Assembly (NCBI GenBank): GCA_038215615.1
Contig: JBBQQR010000005.1
Coordinates: forward strand, 32,001-96,000
Length of the DNA stretch: 64,000 nucleotides
Direction of reading: 5' to 3'
Source of the DNA: Vulcanimicrobiales bacterium
GTDB taxonomy: Bacteria; Vulcanimicrobiota; Vulcanimicrobiia; Vulcanimicrobiales; Vulcanimicrobiaceae
Each line of letters starts with the position of its first letter. Position 1 is the stretch's first letter. A program made the position numbers and the translations under genes. This document shows, in pieces, positions 1-8,911 of the stretch. The notes beneath the pieces are model-generated. The model was not told the DNA's origin. It saw only the letters and a list, made by a program, of their open reading frames with translations, and did not search any database.

Positions 1-234
1 GAATGAATCACGCTGGCGCAGCCAGCTTCCACCGAGATCGAATGCGTACTTCGTCTGGTATGCGATGCGCTGGGAGCCGCCTTCGTACGTGCACGACCAA
101 CTGCCGACGAGGTACTGCATTGCGTCGAACGGCCCCGCGGCCGGCGGCGCCGTCGCGCCAAGCGCGCAGACCGATAGAGCGGTCGACAACTGACGCCACA
201 GCGATATGCGCGTCGATGCTACAGTAGATTTCAC
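1..234 (-). CDS. Secreted hypothetical protein, truncated by window edge (DUF1579-like N-terminus)
   Basis: Manual translation from GTG at 234: MKSTVASTRISLWRQLSTALSVCALGATAPPAAGPFDAMQYLVGSWSCTYEGG..., open to position 1. Signal-like segment followed by an 'LVGSWSC' motif. Not in the ORF track; start uncertain. Confidence 0.55.
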   Translation of the reverse strand, partial: MKSTVASTRISLWRQLSTALSVCALGATAPPAAGPFDAMQYLVGSWSCTYEGGSQRIAYQTKYAFDLGGSWLRQRDSF

Positions 235-381
235 GCTACGAACCAGTTTGCGCGCATGGATATCTTCCTTGGTGCGCCGAGAGGGGCATAAAACCACGGA
301 GCTTAAAGCACAAGGCGCGGCGCCACCCTAAGGAGCGAATCATGAGTTCGCGCCTTTGCTAGCGTGAAAGTTTAATCGAGT

Positions 382-756
382 ATGCCGTCTACAAAGAAGA
401 CCAGCGTGCCGCCCGACAAGAATCGTCTTTATGAGAAATTGGTCGCCAGCGTACCCGAAATAGCAACAAAAGCGAATTTCGGAGCGTCATACACGGCGAT
501 CAACGGCAATATGTACTCGATGATCTCAAAGTACGGCGTCGTGGGCATCCGGTTACCCGAACCGGTGCGCTCCGAGTTTCTCAAGAAGTTCAACACCAAA
601 GTTTTTCGCGCTGACCCGGCCTGGCCGCCGAACAAAGAATACGTTGCCGTTCCCGACAGTCTGCTTCCCAAGACTGCGTTGTTACGGCCGTATCTCAAGG
701 CCAGCTACGAATTTGCGAAATCCCTGCGTCCCAAAGCCACCACGCGCAAGAAGTAA
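382..756 (+). CDS. TfoX N-terminal-like / YjbR-like small basic protein
   Basis: 124-aa ORF with FG..Y..INGNM...G...R and KEYVAVP motifs and a basic tail. Confidence 0.55.
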   Translation: MPSTKKTSVPPDKNRLYEKLVASVPEIATKANFGASYTAINGNMYSMISKYGVVGIRLPEPVRSEFLKKFNTKVFRADPAWPPNKEYVAVPDSLLPKTALLRPYLKASYEFAKSLRPKATTRKK

Positions 757-771
757 GCAACGGAGCTGTAT

Positions 772-1194
772 GTGAAGACCTACGGAAAGTCGCGTTCGAC
801 GCTCGCCTCACCTGAACAAGTTTGGAGCGTCTGGTCGAATCCGGATAATTGGAACCGGTGGAACACCGGCATCAGGGCGTGCGTGATGAACGGGCCGCTG
901 GTTTCCGGCGCCACGGCCAAAATGGAGACTGCGCACGGCAGCAGTCATGAGGTCCGGTTCGAGGACGTACAGCCGCCACGCGGTTTCACGATGAGCATGA
1001 CCGGTCCGCCCCTCTGCACGTTTACCTTCATCTGCGAGATTACGCCTGACGGTGGAGGCAGCACAATCGCGCAGCGGATCGCAATCCAAGGTCCCCTCGG
1101 TTTCCTATTTGGCGCGCTCATGGGCGCAAAGATGGCCGAACATTTCGTCCCGGTGCTCGACGGTTTGGCGGCTGAGTCGGAATCACGCTCGTAG
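772..1194 (+). CDS. SRPBCC (polyketide cyclase/dehydrase) family protein
   Basis: A.PEQVWSVWS.PDNW.RWN motif; 140 aa; GGAG SD before the GTG start. Confidence 0.8.
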   Translation: MKTYGKSRSTLASPEQVWSVWSNPDNWNRWNTGIRACVMNGPLVSGATAKMETAHGSSHEVRFEDVQPPRGFTMSMTGPPLCTFTFICEITPDGGGSTIAQRIAIQGPLGFLFGALMGAKMAEHFVPVLDGLAAESESRS

Positions 1195-1246
1195 CTCCGC
1201 GCGTTCTTCCCGCAAAAAACATGTGCGCTCGTTTTCTCGTTTTCTC

Positions 1247-1330
1247 TGCCCAGAAAGGGACTCGAACCCCCACGGCCTTGCGGCCACTGATACCTGAAAC
1301 CAGCGCGTCTACCAATTCCGCCATCTGGGC
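1247..1330 (-). tRNA. tRNA-Leu(CAG), CCA not encoded
   Basis: Reverse strand reads GCCCAGATGGCGGAATTGGTAGACGCGCTGGTTTCAGGTATCAGTGGCCGCAAGGCCGTGGGGGTTCGAGTCCCTTTCTGGGCA: acceptor stem, D arm, anticodon loop TTCAGGT, long variable arm, GTTCGAG T-loop. Confidence 0.97.
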
Positions 1331-1416
1331 TTACAGACTAGCCGCGTCCGCTTCGCGGCTTCCGCGCGGGGCCCTGCGCGAAGGCACCGCGCTTGCGGCG
1401 TTCGAACAGCTCTCGC

Positions 1417-2595
1417 GTGATCCGCCGCCTCGCGCCGATCCTCGGCATCACGTTCATCGACATCCTGGGATTCAGCATGCTGATTCCCTTGCTGCCATAC
1501 TTCGTGACGCACTTTGGCGCATCGCCGTTCGTCGTCGGCGTGCTCTTTTCGACGTTTTCGTTCTGTCAGTTAGTCTCCGGGCCGATCTGGGGCAACGTTT
1601 CGGATCGCATCGGGCGCAAGAGCGTACTGATTATCAGTCAGATCGGCGCGACCATCGGCTGGGCGATGCTAGGCGCCGCCGGCAGCATCGGTTTTGTTTT
1701 TGCCGCGCGCATCATCGAAGGCTTCTCGGGCGGAAACATCGGCGTAACGCAAGCGTACGTTGCGGATCTCGTCGAGCCAAAAGAGCGTTCGCGCGCTTTC
1801 GGTTTGATCGGCGCGACGTTCGGCGCCGGCATGATTTTCGGACCGCTGATCGAGTCGGTGCTTTTCCAGCACTTCGGATATAGCGCGCCGTTTTACGCGG
1901 CCGCCGCGCTACAGGCGGTAACGCTGCTGGCAACGATTCGCTATCTGCCCGAGTCCCGCGGAAAGGGTGAGGAAATCGTTGGACCCTCCGAGATCATTCG
2001 CACGTTCCAAAACAAGACATTCGCGCCGCTGCTGTGGCAAAAATTCGCCTTATCGCTTTCGCTCTACGGCTGGTTCAGCGTGATGGCGCTCTATCTCGCA
2101 AGGCAGCTGCATTTTACACCGGAGCAAACCGACTATTTTTTCTCAAGCACGTCTATGCTCAACGTTTTCGTCAATGTGTTCCTGATCAGCCGCGTCTCGG
2201 ATTGGCTGGGCGACCGCGGCATGTCTACGCTCGGACTAGGGTCGCTCTTTGTGGGGTTCGGACTGCTCTCCATCGTCCATTCGTTCTACGCGCTGGCGAT
2301 CGTTGCGGTGCTGTTTAGTCTCGGGCTCGCGCTGAGCAACAGCGGTTTGACCGCACTCATCAGCGTCGCCGCGGATGCAAAGCGGCAAGGGACGGTGCTC
2401 GGCGTTACGTCGTCGCTCGATTCGCTTTCCGGCATCATCTCGCCGCCGATCTCAACGGCGACTTTGGGCAGCTTCGGCCCTCAATGGTCGGGGGTGTATT
2501 CGTGTTTCTTTGCTTTCGTCGCGTTGATCGCCGGGTTGATACAAACGCGGCGAGAGCCGCGCCACCGCTCGCAACGAAAAGAAGAGGCCGTCTAA
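1417..2595 (+). CDS. MFS transporter, DHA1/TetA-like
   Basis: Motif A GNVSDRIGRK, AYVAD...ERSRAFG, about 12 TM segments. GTG start at 1417 chosen. Confidence 0.9.
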   Translation: MIRRLAPILGITFIDILGFSMLIPLLPYFVTHFGASPFVVGVLFSTFSFCQLVSGPIWGNVSDRIGRKSVLIISQIGATIGWAMLGAAGSIGFVFAARIIEGFSGGNIGVTQAYVADLVEPKERSRAFGLIGATFGAGMIFGPLIESVLFQHFGYSAPFYAAAALQAVTLLATIRYLPESRGKGEEIVGPSEIIRTFQNKTFAPLLWQKFALSLSLYGWFSVMALYLARQLHFTPEQTDYFFSSTSMLNVFVNVFLISRVSDWLGDRGMSTLGLGSLFVGFGLLSIVHSFYALAIVAVLFSLGLALSNSGLTALISVAADAKRQGTVLGVTSSLDSLSGIISPPISTATLGSFGPQWSGVYSCFFAFVALIAGLIQTRREPRHRSQRKEEAV

Positions 2596-2598
2596 AGC

Positions 2599-3450
2599 TT
2601 AGGCGCTCTTGCGGCGTTTGGGCGCGGCCTTGTGGGCCGCGCGTTTCTCCGCATCTGCAGATCTTGCACCGCGCCGCTTCTTGCTCGCCTCGACGCTTTG
2701 CGCCAGCACATCCATGAGGTTGACCACTTTCGAACGCGCCGGCGCTTTCTTGGGCTTGGGCAGTTCCTTACCGGCGGCGCGCGCTTCGATCATTGCGAGC
2801 AACTCTTCGTGGTACGTATTGGTGAATTTCCCGGGTTCGAATTCGTCCACGCTCATCGCATCGATCAGCATCTTGGCCATCTTCATTTCGGGCTCGGGGA
2901 GTTTCGTTTCGCCGGGCAGATCGAGCGTCGACTCTTCGATCATCTCGTCGGCCCAGTGCATGATCTCAAGCACAAGCGCATCGCCCGACGGTTTGACGGC
3001 GGCGATCGTTTCTTTGGTGCGGATCACGACACGTGCGATCGCAACCTTGTTGGCCTTTTCGAGCGCTTCGCGCAGCAGCGCGTAGGCGTGGCGGCCTTGT
3101 TTGGTCGGCTCCAAATAGTACGGCTTGTCAAAATACATCGGGTTGATCTTGTCGAGCTCGACGAACTCCAGGATGTCTACGCTCTGCGTCGCCTCCGGAT
3201 TCACTTTCTTAAAGTCGTCATCGGTGAGGATCACGTAGTCGCCCTTTTCGTATTCGTAGCCTTTGACGATCTCGTCCCACGGCACGGGCTTGTTATCGAC
3301 GGTGCAGATACGCTCGTAGCGGATCCGGCCCTCGTCCTTGGCGTGCAGCATGTTGAACGAGAGATCGTTTCCGCGAACGGCCGTAAAAAGCTTCACCGGA
3401 ATGGTGACCAGCCCGAAGTTGATGGATCCCGACCAAATGGCGTGTGCCAA
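2599..3450 (-). CDS. ku: Ku protein (NHEJ DNA end-binding)
   Basis: AIWSGSINFGLVTIPVKL, IVKGYEY, VVNLMDVL and a basic tail. Confidence 0.97.
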   Translation of the reverse strand: MAHAIWSGSINFGLVTIPVKLFTAVRGNDLSFNMLHAKDEGRIRYERICTVDNKPVPWDEIVKGYEYEKGDYVILTDDDFKKVNPEATQSVDILEFVELDKINPMYFDKPYYLEPTKQGRHAYALLREALEKANKVAIARVVIRTKETIAAVKPSGDALVLEIMHWADEMIEESTLDLPGETKLPEPEMKMAKMLIDAMSVDEFEPGKFTNTYHEELLAMIEARAAGKELPKPKKAPARSKVVNLMDVLAQSVEASKKRRGARSADAEKRAAHKAAPKRRKSA

Positions 3451-3462
3451 GCAAATGCCCCC

Positions 3463-3471
3463 TGTGGATAA
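3463..3471 (-). promoter_or_regulatory. Perfect DnaA box (TTATCCACA) in the ku 5' leader
   Basis: TGTGGATAA on + strand, between the putative promoter and the ku start. Function unproven. Confidence 0.35.
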
Positions 3472-3482
3472 CAGCGACTTGG

Positions 3483-3510
3483 ATTATACCCGACGAGGGC
3501 CCTCGAAAGC
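3483..3510 (-). promoter_or_regulatory. Putative SigB/SigF-type promoter of ku
   Basis: Minus strand GCTTTC-N13-GGGTAT, resembling B. subtilis SigB GTTTAA-N12-14-GGGTAT; also overlaps a TATAAT. Confidence 0.5.
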
Positions 3511-3569
3511 GACCCGCCCCGGCGCTCTCGCCTCAGGGAAACCCCCGAAGAAGCAGCAAATCACCTGCG

Positions 3570-5543
3570 ATGCTCATCCTAGCTGCCCTTGCCGCCACGC
3601 ATCTTATCGGCTGGCCGGCCGGGCCGGCCACCAGCCAAGAACTGCTCTGGGAGCGGATCTTCGCCACGGTTCCGAGCGCAGCGGCCGCGGCCAACATCGA
3701 GCAGCATATTTCGTCGAAACCGCACCGGGCCGGCACGCCAGCCGATTACGCGACCGCGCAATTCGTGCAGCAACGGCTGCAGGCCGACGGCTTTCAAACG
3801 CGCGTGGTTCCATACGACCTTGCATTCACTGCGCCCGTCGCCGAGCGCTTGGAGATGATGTCTCCCAGGCATGTCGCGTTCGATCTGCTTGAAGGAACGC
3901 CGGGCCATCACAGCGCGGCAGAGATCGCGGCCGGACCGCCGTTTAGCGAAAACTCCGGCGACGGCAACGTAACGGGCAATCTCTATTACGTCAACAACGG
4001 ATCCCCGGCAGATCTGACCGTGCTCGACGCAATGCACGTCGATCTGCGCGGCGCGATCGTGTTGATCAGAAACTTCGGCGGATCGTACGACGAATTGCGC
4101 AAGCGCGGCGTCGCCGGAATTCTCACCTTTGTCGATCCGGCCGACGACGGATACGGGCGAGGCGACGTGTGGCCGTACGGAAACTTTAAGAACATCGACA
4201 TGGCAGAGCGCGGCGGCGGGATCGCCCCCGCTGCTTCGCCGACCCCGCTGCCGCCCGGCGACGTAACGCTGCCCGGGCAAGCACCGCTTCCCGGAATTGC
4301 GCACCATCCATGGAACAGCGTGCCGCGCCCCGATATCCCGGAGCTACCGGTAACGCAACGCAGCGCGCGCGCTCTGTTGGCGGCGATGGCCGGCGCGGTC
4401 GTGCCGCGCGAGTGGCATCCACTTTTCGAAATCGTCGTTCACACCGGCGGAAACGTGCGCGTGCATCTTGCCGTGCAGATGTCGCGGCGAGTGGTGCGAA
4501 CCTGGAACGTGATTGGCGCTCTAACAGGCAGCGAAAATCCAAATTCGATCGTGATGATCGGCAGCCACCGCGACGCAATGGTATTTGGCGCGATCGATCC
4601 GGGCAGCGGAACGACCGCACTACTGCAAGTCGCCGACGGACTGCATGCGCTCGCAGCGCGCGGGTGGCGCCCGCAACGAACGATCGAGATAGCGTCGTGG
4701 GACGGACACGAGCTCGGGCTCTTCGGTTCGATTTCGTATGCCTATCAGTTCGATCCGCAGCTACGGAGTACGCTCTGGCAATACATCAACACCGACCAGA
4801 CTACAACCGGAAACCCGTTTGCCATTCGCGCGTCGCCGGGGTTGTGGGAATTTCTCAAGCAGATCGCCGACGTCGTTCCCGGTCCGGACGCTCTGATGCT
4901 AAGCGCACACGACGCGCCGGCCGTGCCGCTCCTCAATCCCCCCGCGAGCGGATCCGATCACCAAACCTTCGCCTATATGTTGGGGATTCCAAGTTCGTCG
5001 AACGGTTTTCGCGGCGTCTTCGGAGCGCACCACACCGCTGAAGACAACATCGCTGGAATCAAGACATACGATCCCGGTTTCAAAGAGGCAGTTAGCGACA
5101 CGATTCTGACGGGCATACAAGCGATGCGCACCGCCGGCGGTGCGGTTGCGCCGCTGCGCATGAGCGATCACGCGCAAGACCTGCTCACCGCGCTCAAACT
5201 CGGCGCGACGTCTACGACCTTCAAACCCGGCGTGGACATTACTGCGCTGCAAAACGCGCTGACCGAATACTTGGATGCCGCGCGCGCAACCGATGGCGCG
5301 CTCGATGCAGCTGAAAGCAACGGCAACCTTGCGGCGATGCAATCCCTTTCGGCCAAAGAACAAGCCGCATTTTCGGCGTTCTACATCCCCGCCGGTCTTT
5401 CGACCAACCCGTACCTTCACACGATCGATCGCGCGCCCAACGCATTTCCCGAAATCACCAATGGCGCCACGGCTCCCCAACAGCAGGCGGCCGTCGATCG
5501 GCTCGTCGCGGCGGTGCAGGAAGCAACAGCAGCGCTGCGCTAA
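3570..5543 (+). CDS. Secreted M28 family peptidase (glutamate carboxypeptidase II/transferrin-receptor-like, PA domain)
   Basis: PHRAGT, PA domain, GSHRDA..FGAIDPGSG, SWDGHE.GL.GS, YINTD, GSDH. Start moved to ATG 3570 (hydrophobic signal). Confidence 0.85.
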   Translation: MLILAALAATHLIGWPAGPATSQELLWERIFATVPSAAAAANIEQHISSKPHRAGTPADYATAQFVQQRLQADGFQTRVVPYDLAFTAPVAERLEMMSPRHVAFDLLEGTPGHHSAAEIAAGPPFSENSGDGNVTGNLYYVNNGSPADLTVLDAMHVDLRGAIVLIRNFGGSYDELRKRGVAGILTFVDPADDGYGRGDVWPYGNFKNIDMAERGGGIAPAASPTPLPPGDVTLPGQAPLPGIAHHPWNSVPRPDIPELPVTQRSARALLAAMAGAVVPREWHPLFEIVVHTGGNVRVHLAVQMSRRVVRTWNVIGALTGSENPNSIVMIGSHRDAMVFGAIDPGSGTTALLQVADGLHALAARGWRPQRTIEIASWDGHELGLFGSISYAYQFDPQLRSTLWQYINTDQTTTGNPFAIRASPGLWEFLKQIADVVPGPDALMLSAHDAPAVPLLNPPASGSDHQTFAYMLGIPSSSNGFRGVFGAHHTAEDNIAGIKTYDPGFKEAVSDTILTGIQAMRTAGGAVAPLRMSDHAQDLLTALKLGATSTTFKPGVDITALQNALTEYLDAARATDGALDAAESNGNLAAMQSLSAKEQAAFSAFYIPAGLSTNPYLHTIDRAPNAFPEITNGATAPQQQAAVDRLVAAVQEATAALR

Positions 5544-6493
5544 GCCCAGGCGCGCTGAGCTTTTTTGAGAGCCGGTTCGAGCGCGGCGGGCTTCCAATAT
5601 TTGGCGCTCCAGAGATCGCCCTCGACCTCCAGGCGCTTGCGGGCGTTGGCGATCGTCCAACGCGCGTTTGCCGCTTCAGGCGTGACGCGTTTGGAAGCAA
5701 GCTCCTCGACTTCCGACCAGTCGAGCGTCATCGAAACCGGCGCTTTATCGCGCGCGCGCACGCCATACGGCGGAACGACGGTTTTCCCGCGGCCGATCTG
5801 CACCCAATCCAACAAGACGGTGCCTTTGGGGCGGCGCGCGATCGAACGCTCGAGAGTCGTCAACTTCGGCAGCTCGCGCGCCACCCTGCGCGCGGATATT
5901 TCGCCGAACTGCTTGAGCGTTTCGTACGAATACTTCGGCTGCACTGGAATGACCAAGTGTAATCCGCTGCCGCCGGTCGTCTTCACAAGTGGCTTCAGCC
6001 CGATGTCCGCGAGCATGTCAGCAAACTCGATCGCGACTTTCGCGAGCGTTTTTACCGAGCAACCCTCACCCGGATCGAGATCGAACAGGGCGTAGTCCGG
6101 ATATTCGAGCGCCGGGCGGTGCGAATACCACACGTGCAAAACGATCGCCGCCAAGTTTGCGCACCATGCCAGCGTGGCTTCGTCGTTGCACATAATGTAT
6201 GAAATTCGGCGCGAGCCTTGGTCGGCTGACGTTTCGATCGTCTTGACCCATTCCGGCGTATACTTCGGAACCTGCTTTTCAAAAAACGATTGGCCGCCGA
6301 TCCCGTCGGGGTAGCGCTGCAGCGTCAGCGGCCGATCCTTCAGGTGCGGCAACAGCCATTTCGTCACGCTCAAATAATATGCGATCAAATCGCCTTTGGT
6401 GTAACCGTCGCGCGGAAACAAGACTTTCTCCAAATTTGAAAACGTTAGGTCGTGCCCGGCGACTTTCGCCGTCTGCGTGGTGCGCGCCGGCAC
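5540..6493 (-). CDS. ligD: LigD polymerase (primase-polymerase) domain, stand-alone
   Basis: SNLEKVLFP..GYTKGDLIAYY, RYPDG...FFEK, FDLDP, KTTGGSGLH. Confidence 0.93.
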   Translation of the reverse strand: MPARTTQTAKVAGHDLTFSNLEKVLFPRDGYTKGDLIAYYLSVTKWLLPHLKDRPLTLQRYPDGIGGQSFFEKQVPKYTPEWVKTIETSADQGSRRISYIMCNDEATLAWCANLAAIVLHVWYSHRPALEYPDYALFDLDPGEGCSVKTLAKVAIEFADMLADIGLKPLVKTTGGSGLHLVIPVQPKYSYETLKQFGEISARRVARELPKLTTLERSIARRPKGTVLLDWVQIGRGKTVVPPYGVRARDKAPVSMTLDWSEVEELASKRVTPEAANARWTIANARKRLEVEGDLWSAKYWKPAALEPALKKAQRAWA

Positions 6494-8163
6494 TACTTTA
6501 CCTCGTCCGTGTCGATCGGCACTTCACGCACGCAATCTCTCGGGCTTTTGTCGGTGCGCAATCCCAGAAATGCCGGGTGACGCATGACGCCGTCGCGCGT
6601 CCACTCCGTGAAACGGGCCTGCGCGACGAGCTCCGGCTCGACCCAGTGCGCCTTCGTATTCGACGCGACCTCGTTTGAAAAGGGAGACGTCTTGCGCTCG
6701 AGTTTCTTGAGCTGCGCGGTCATCGCCGCGAGCGTCTTGGTGTCGAAGCCCGTGCCGACGTGCCCAACGTAGTGCAGCTTCTTGCCTTGATATAAGCCCA
6801 GCAGAAGCGCGCCGAACCCTTTCCGGCTTCCGCGCGGCTCGGTGAATCCGCCGATGACGCACTCCTGCAGCAGCTGCGCTTTGATTTTCACCCAGTCGCG
6901 CGTGCGGCGCTCGTGGTAGGTTGAGTCGCGCCGCTTCCCGATGACGCCTTCGAGCTGCTGGCGCTGGGCTTGCTCGAAAAACACACGGCCGTCGCCGATC
7001 ACATGCTTTGAGTAGAGCACGAGATCCGTATCGCCGATCGCGTGCTCCAGGATCGCCTTGCGTTCTTCGAGCGGCGTCTTGCGCGCGTCTTTTCCGTCGG
7101 CGTAGAGGATGTCGAAAACCGCGAAGGTCAGCGGATATTGCTTGGCGTCACTCGATCGCGCGCTCGGGCGGTTGCGATTGAAACTTCCCTGTAAGCGTTG
7201 AAAAGAAGAGCGCCCGCGTTCGTCGAGGCTTACGATCTCGCCGTCCACCACGATCGGCAGCGTCCTCCAGGCGCCGCGCAGTTCTTCCAGCTCCGGAAAC
7301 TGCTTCAAAAAATCGAGTCCGTTACGCGAAACCAGCGAGATCTTGCCGTCTTCGCGTACGGTGCAAATCGCCCGGTATCCATCCCACTTTATTTCGAAGA
7401 GCCACTCGTCATCATCGAACGGTTCGTCCACGAGCGTCGCGAGCATAGGCGTGTGGATGACCGGCACCGGATCGCGTTTAGCGCTTTTTTTTTCCTTGGT
7501 TGCGCCGCGGGGCGCTGCTTTGCGTCCGGAATCCCAATGCGGCGCGCGCGGATCCTTCGCGTAAGATTCGACCGTCCGCCCGGTCTTCGCAGACGTGTTA
7601 TCCTTGGCAATGTCGTACTTCGGATCGACGAACTCGTCGTGGTCTTTGACGAGGAGCCACGGGTCGCCGCTGTCTTCGCCGCGCCCTTTGATCCGCACCA
7701 GCGTAAACTCGCCCTTGAGTTTCTTTCCGGAAAGGATGAACTTGATTTTTCCGCGGCCGATCTCGGCGGCGGGATCCTCGCCTTCGGCCAGCCGATACCA
7801 GCCCTCATCCCAGACGATGACTTCGCCGGCGCCGTATTGGCCTTTGGGAATGATGCCTTCGAACGTGCGATAGTCGAAAGGATGATCTTCGACGTGCATC
7901 GCGAGGCGTTTATCCGCCGGATCGCGCGACGGGCCTTTGGGAACGGCCCACGACTTGAGCACGCCGTCCGCTTCTAAACGGAAGTCGTAGTGCAGCCGCG
8001 ACGCGCGGTGCTTTTGAATGACGAAACGCAAACGCTTTCCGCCCTTAACCGGCTTTCCGCGCGGCTCGGGCGTCGCCTTAAAATCGCGTTTCGCGTGATA
8101 ACGTTTGAGCGAGCCGGGTTCCCGTACCCGACTCGCCCCTTTGGTCGTTTTCCTTGCCGGCAC
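6493..8163 (-). CDS. ligD: LigD 3'-phosphoesterase + ATP-dependent ligase domains
   Basis: FVIQKHRASRLHYDFRLE..GVLKSWAVPKGPS (PE domain); EIKWDGYR, DGEIV, EGVIGK, WVKIK (ligase). Confidence 0.95.
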   Translation of the reverse strand: MPARKTTKGASRVREPGSLKRYHAKRDFKATPEPRGKPVKGGKRLRFVIQKHRASRLHYDFRLEADGVLKSWAVPKGPSRDPADKRLAMHVEDHPFDYRTFEGIIPKGQYGAGEVIVWDEGWYRLAEGEDPAAEIGRGKIKFILSGKKLKGEFTLVRIKGRGEDSGDPWLLVKDHDEFVDPKYDIAKDNTSAKTGRTVESYAKDPRAPHWDSGRKAAPRGATKEKKSAKRDPVPVIHTPMLATLVDEPFDDDEWLFEIKWDGYRAICTVREDGKISLVSRNGLDFLKQFPELEELRGAWRTLPIVVDGEIVSLDERGRSSFQRLQGSFNRNRPSARSSDAKQYPLTFAVFDILYADGKDARKTPLEERKAILEHAIGDTDLVLYSKHVIGDGRVFFEQAQRQQLEGVIGKRRDSTYHERRTRDWVKIKAQLLQECVIGGFTEPRGSRKGFGALLLGLYQGKKLHYVGHVGTGFDTKTLAAMTAQLKKLERKTSPFSNEVASNTKAHWVEPELVAQARFTEWTRDGVMRHPAFLGLRTDKSPRDCVREVPIDTDEVK

Positions 8164-8184
8164 GATGCCGTAAGGTGCGCGAGC

Positions 8185-8346
8185 CTAGACTCGCGCTCCT
8201 CGGCCGCTCAGTAAGTTGATGATGAGTAGGATCACCGCGATCACGATGACGATGTGGATGAGCGGGCTCGCAATGTGCGCAAACAGAAACCCAACCAGCC
8301 AGATAACCACCAAGATGACGATAATCGTCCACAATAAACCAGACAT
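8185..8346 (-). CDS. Small two-TM membrane protein (lmo0937/DUF5670-like)
   Basis: MSGLLWTIIVILVVIWLVGFLFAHIASPLIHIVIVIAVILLIINLLSGR; GGAGG SD; TAATG coupling to the upstream gene. Confidence 0.8.
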   Translation of the reverse strand: MSGLLWTIIVILVVIWLVGFLFAHIASPLIHIVIVIAVILLIINLLSGRGARV

Positions 8347-8555
8347 TAAGGTTTGGTACCTCCTCCAGTGGTTGTGGTGTTGGTAGTCGTGGTACCACCG
8401 TTCACCGACGTGGTGCTGCTCGTCGAGGACCATGGATGCCAGACGAAGATCGCGATCAGGATCGCGATGAGGACGACGATAACGATGCCTACGGCAGCCG
8501 CTCCGCCTCCACTGCCATCGTTGACTACAACCGGGCCATCAGCCATACGAGTCAT
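8346..8555 (-). CDS. Small single-TM protein with Ser/Thr-rich tail
   Basis: AAAGGAG SD before ATG 8555; TM helix followed by SSTSSTTSVNGGTTTTNTTTTGGGTKP. Confidence 0.75.
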   Translation of the reverse strand: MTRMADGPVVVNDGSGGGAAAVGIVIVVLIAILIAIFVWHPWSSTSSTTSVNGGTTTTNTTTTGGGTKP

Positions 8556-8631
8556 TGCTCCTTTCGTAAGCTCGGCGAGGTTTATACCCAGAGTGCAAGC
8601 GAGCGTACCGGGGGGCGGCGAAGCGAGCGGT

Positions 8632-8910
8632 ATGTGGCTTGTGTCCGGTCTCATACTCTCCCTCAGCCTCGCGCTCGTGGCGTGGCTAAGGTCGAGGTCC
8701 CGCAGCACGACGTACTATGAAGGCGAGGTCTACGGCGTCTCCTCGGCGGGCCACCGCTACTATGCCCTGGCCTTTCTCGGGCTGGGGGCCTCCCTGCTGG
8801 CTTCCTCGGCCGCTCCGCCGGCCACCGTGCCCCTGCTCGCCATCCTGGCCCTAGCCGCGGTTCTCTACGGCGCGACGTTCCTGCGCGGAGCTTCCGGGGA
8901 AGACGAGTGA
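8632..8910 (+). CDS. Hypothetical 3-TM membrane protein
   Basis: 92 aa from ATG 8632; three hydrophobic segments; ends 1 nt before the next gene. Confidence 0.7.
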   Translation: MWLVSGLILSLSLALVAWLRSRSRSTTYYEGEVYGVSSAGHRYYALAFLGLGASLLASSAAPPATVPLLAILALAAVLYGATFLRGASGEDE

Positions 8911-8911
8911 G

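Noticed and set aside
3451..3569. Replication origin
   Set aside because: Only one DnaA box, no AT-rich unwinding element, and no dnaA/dnaN nearby.
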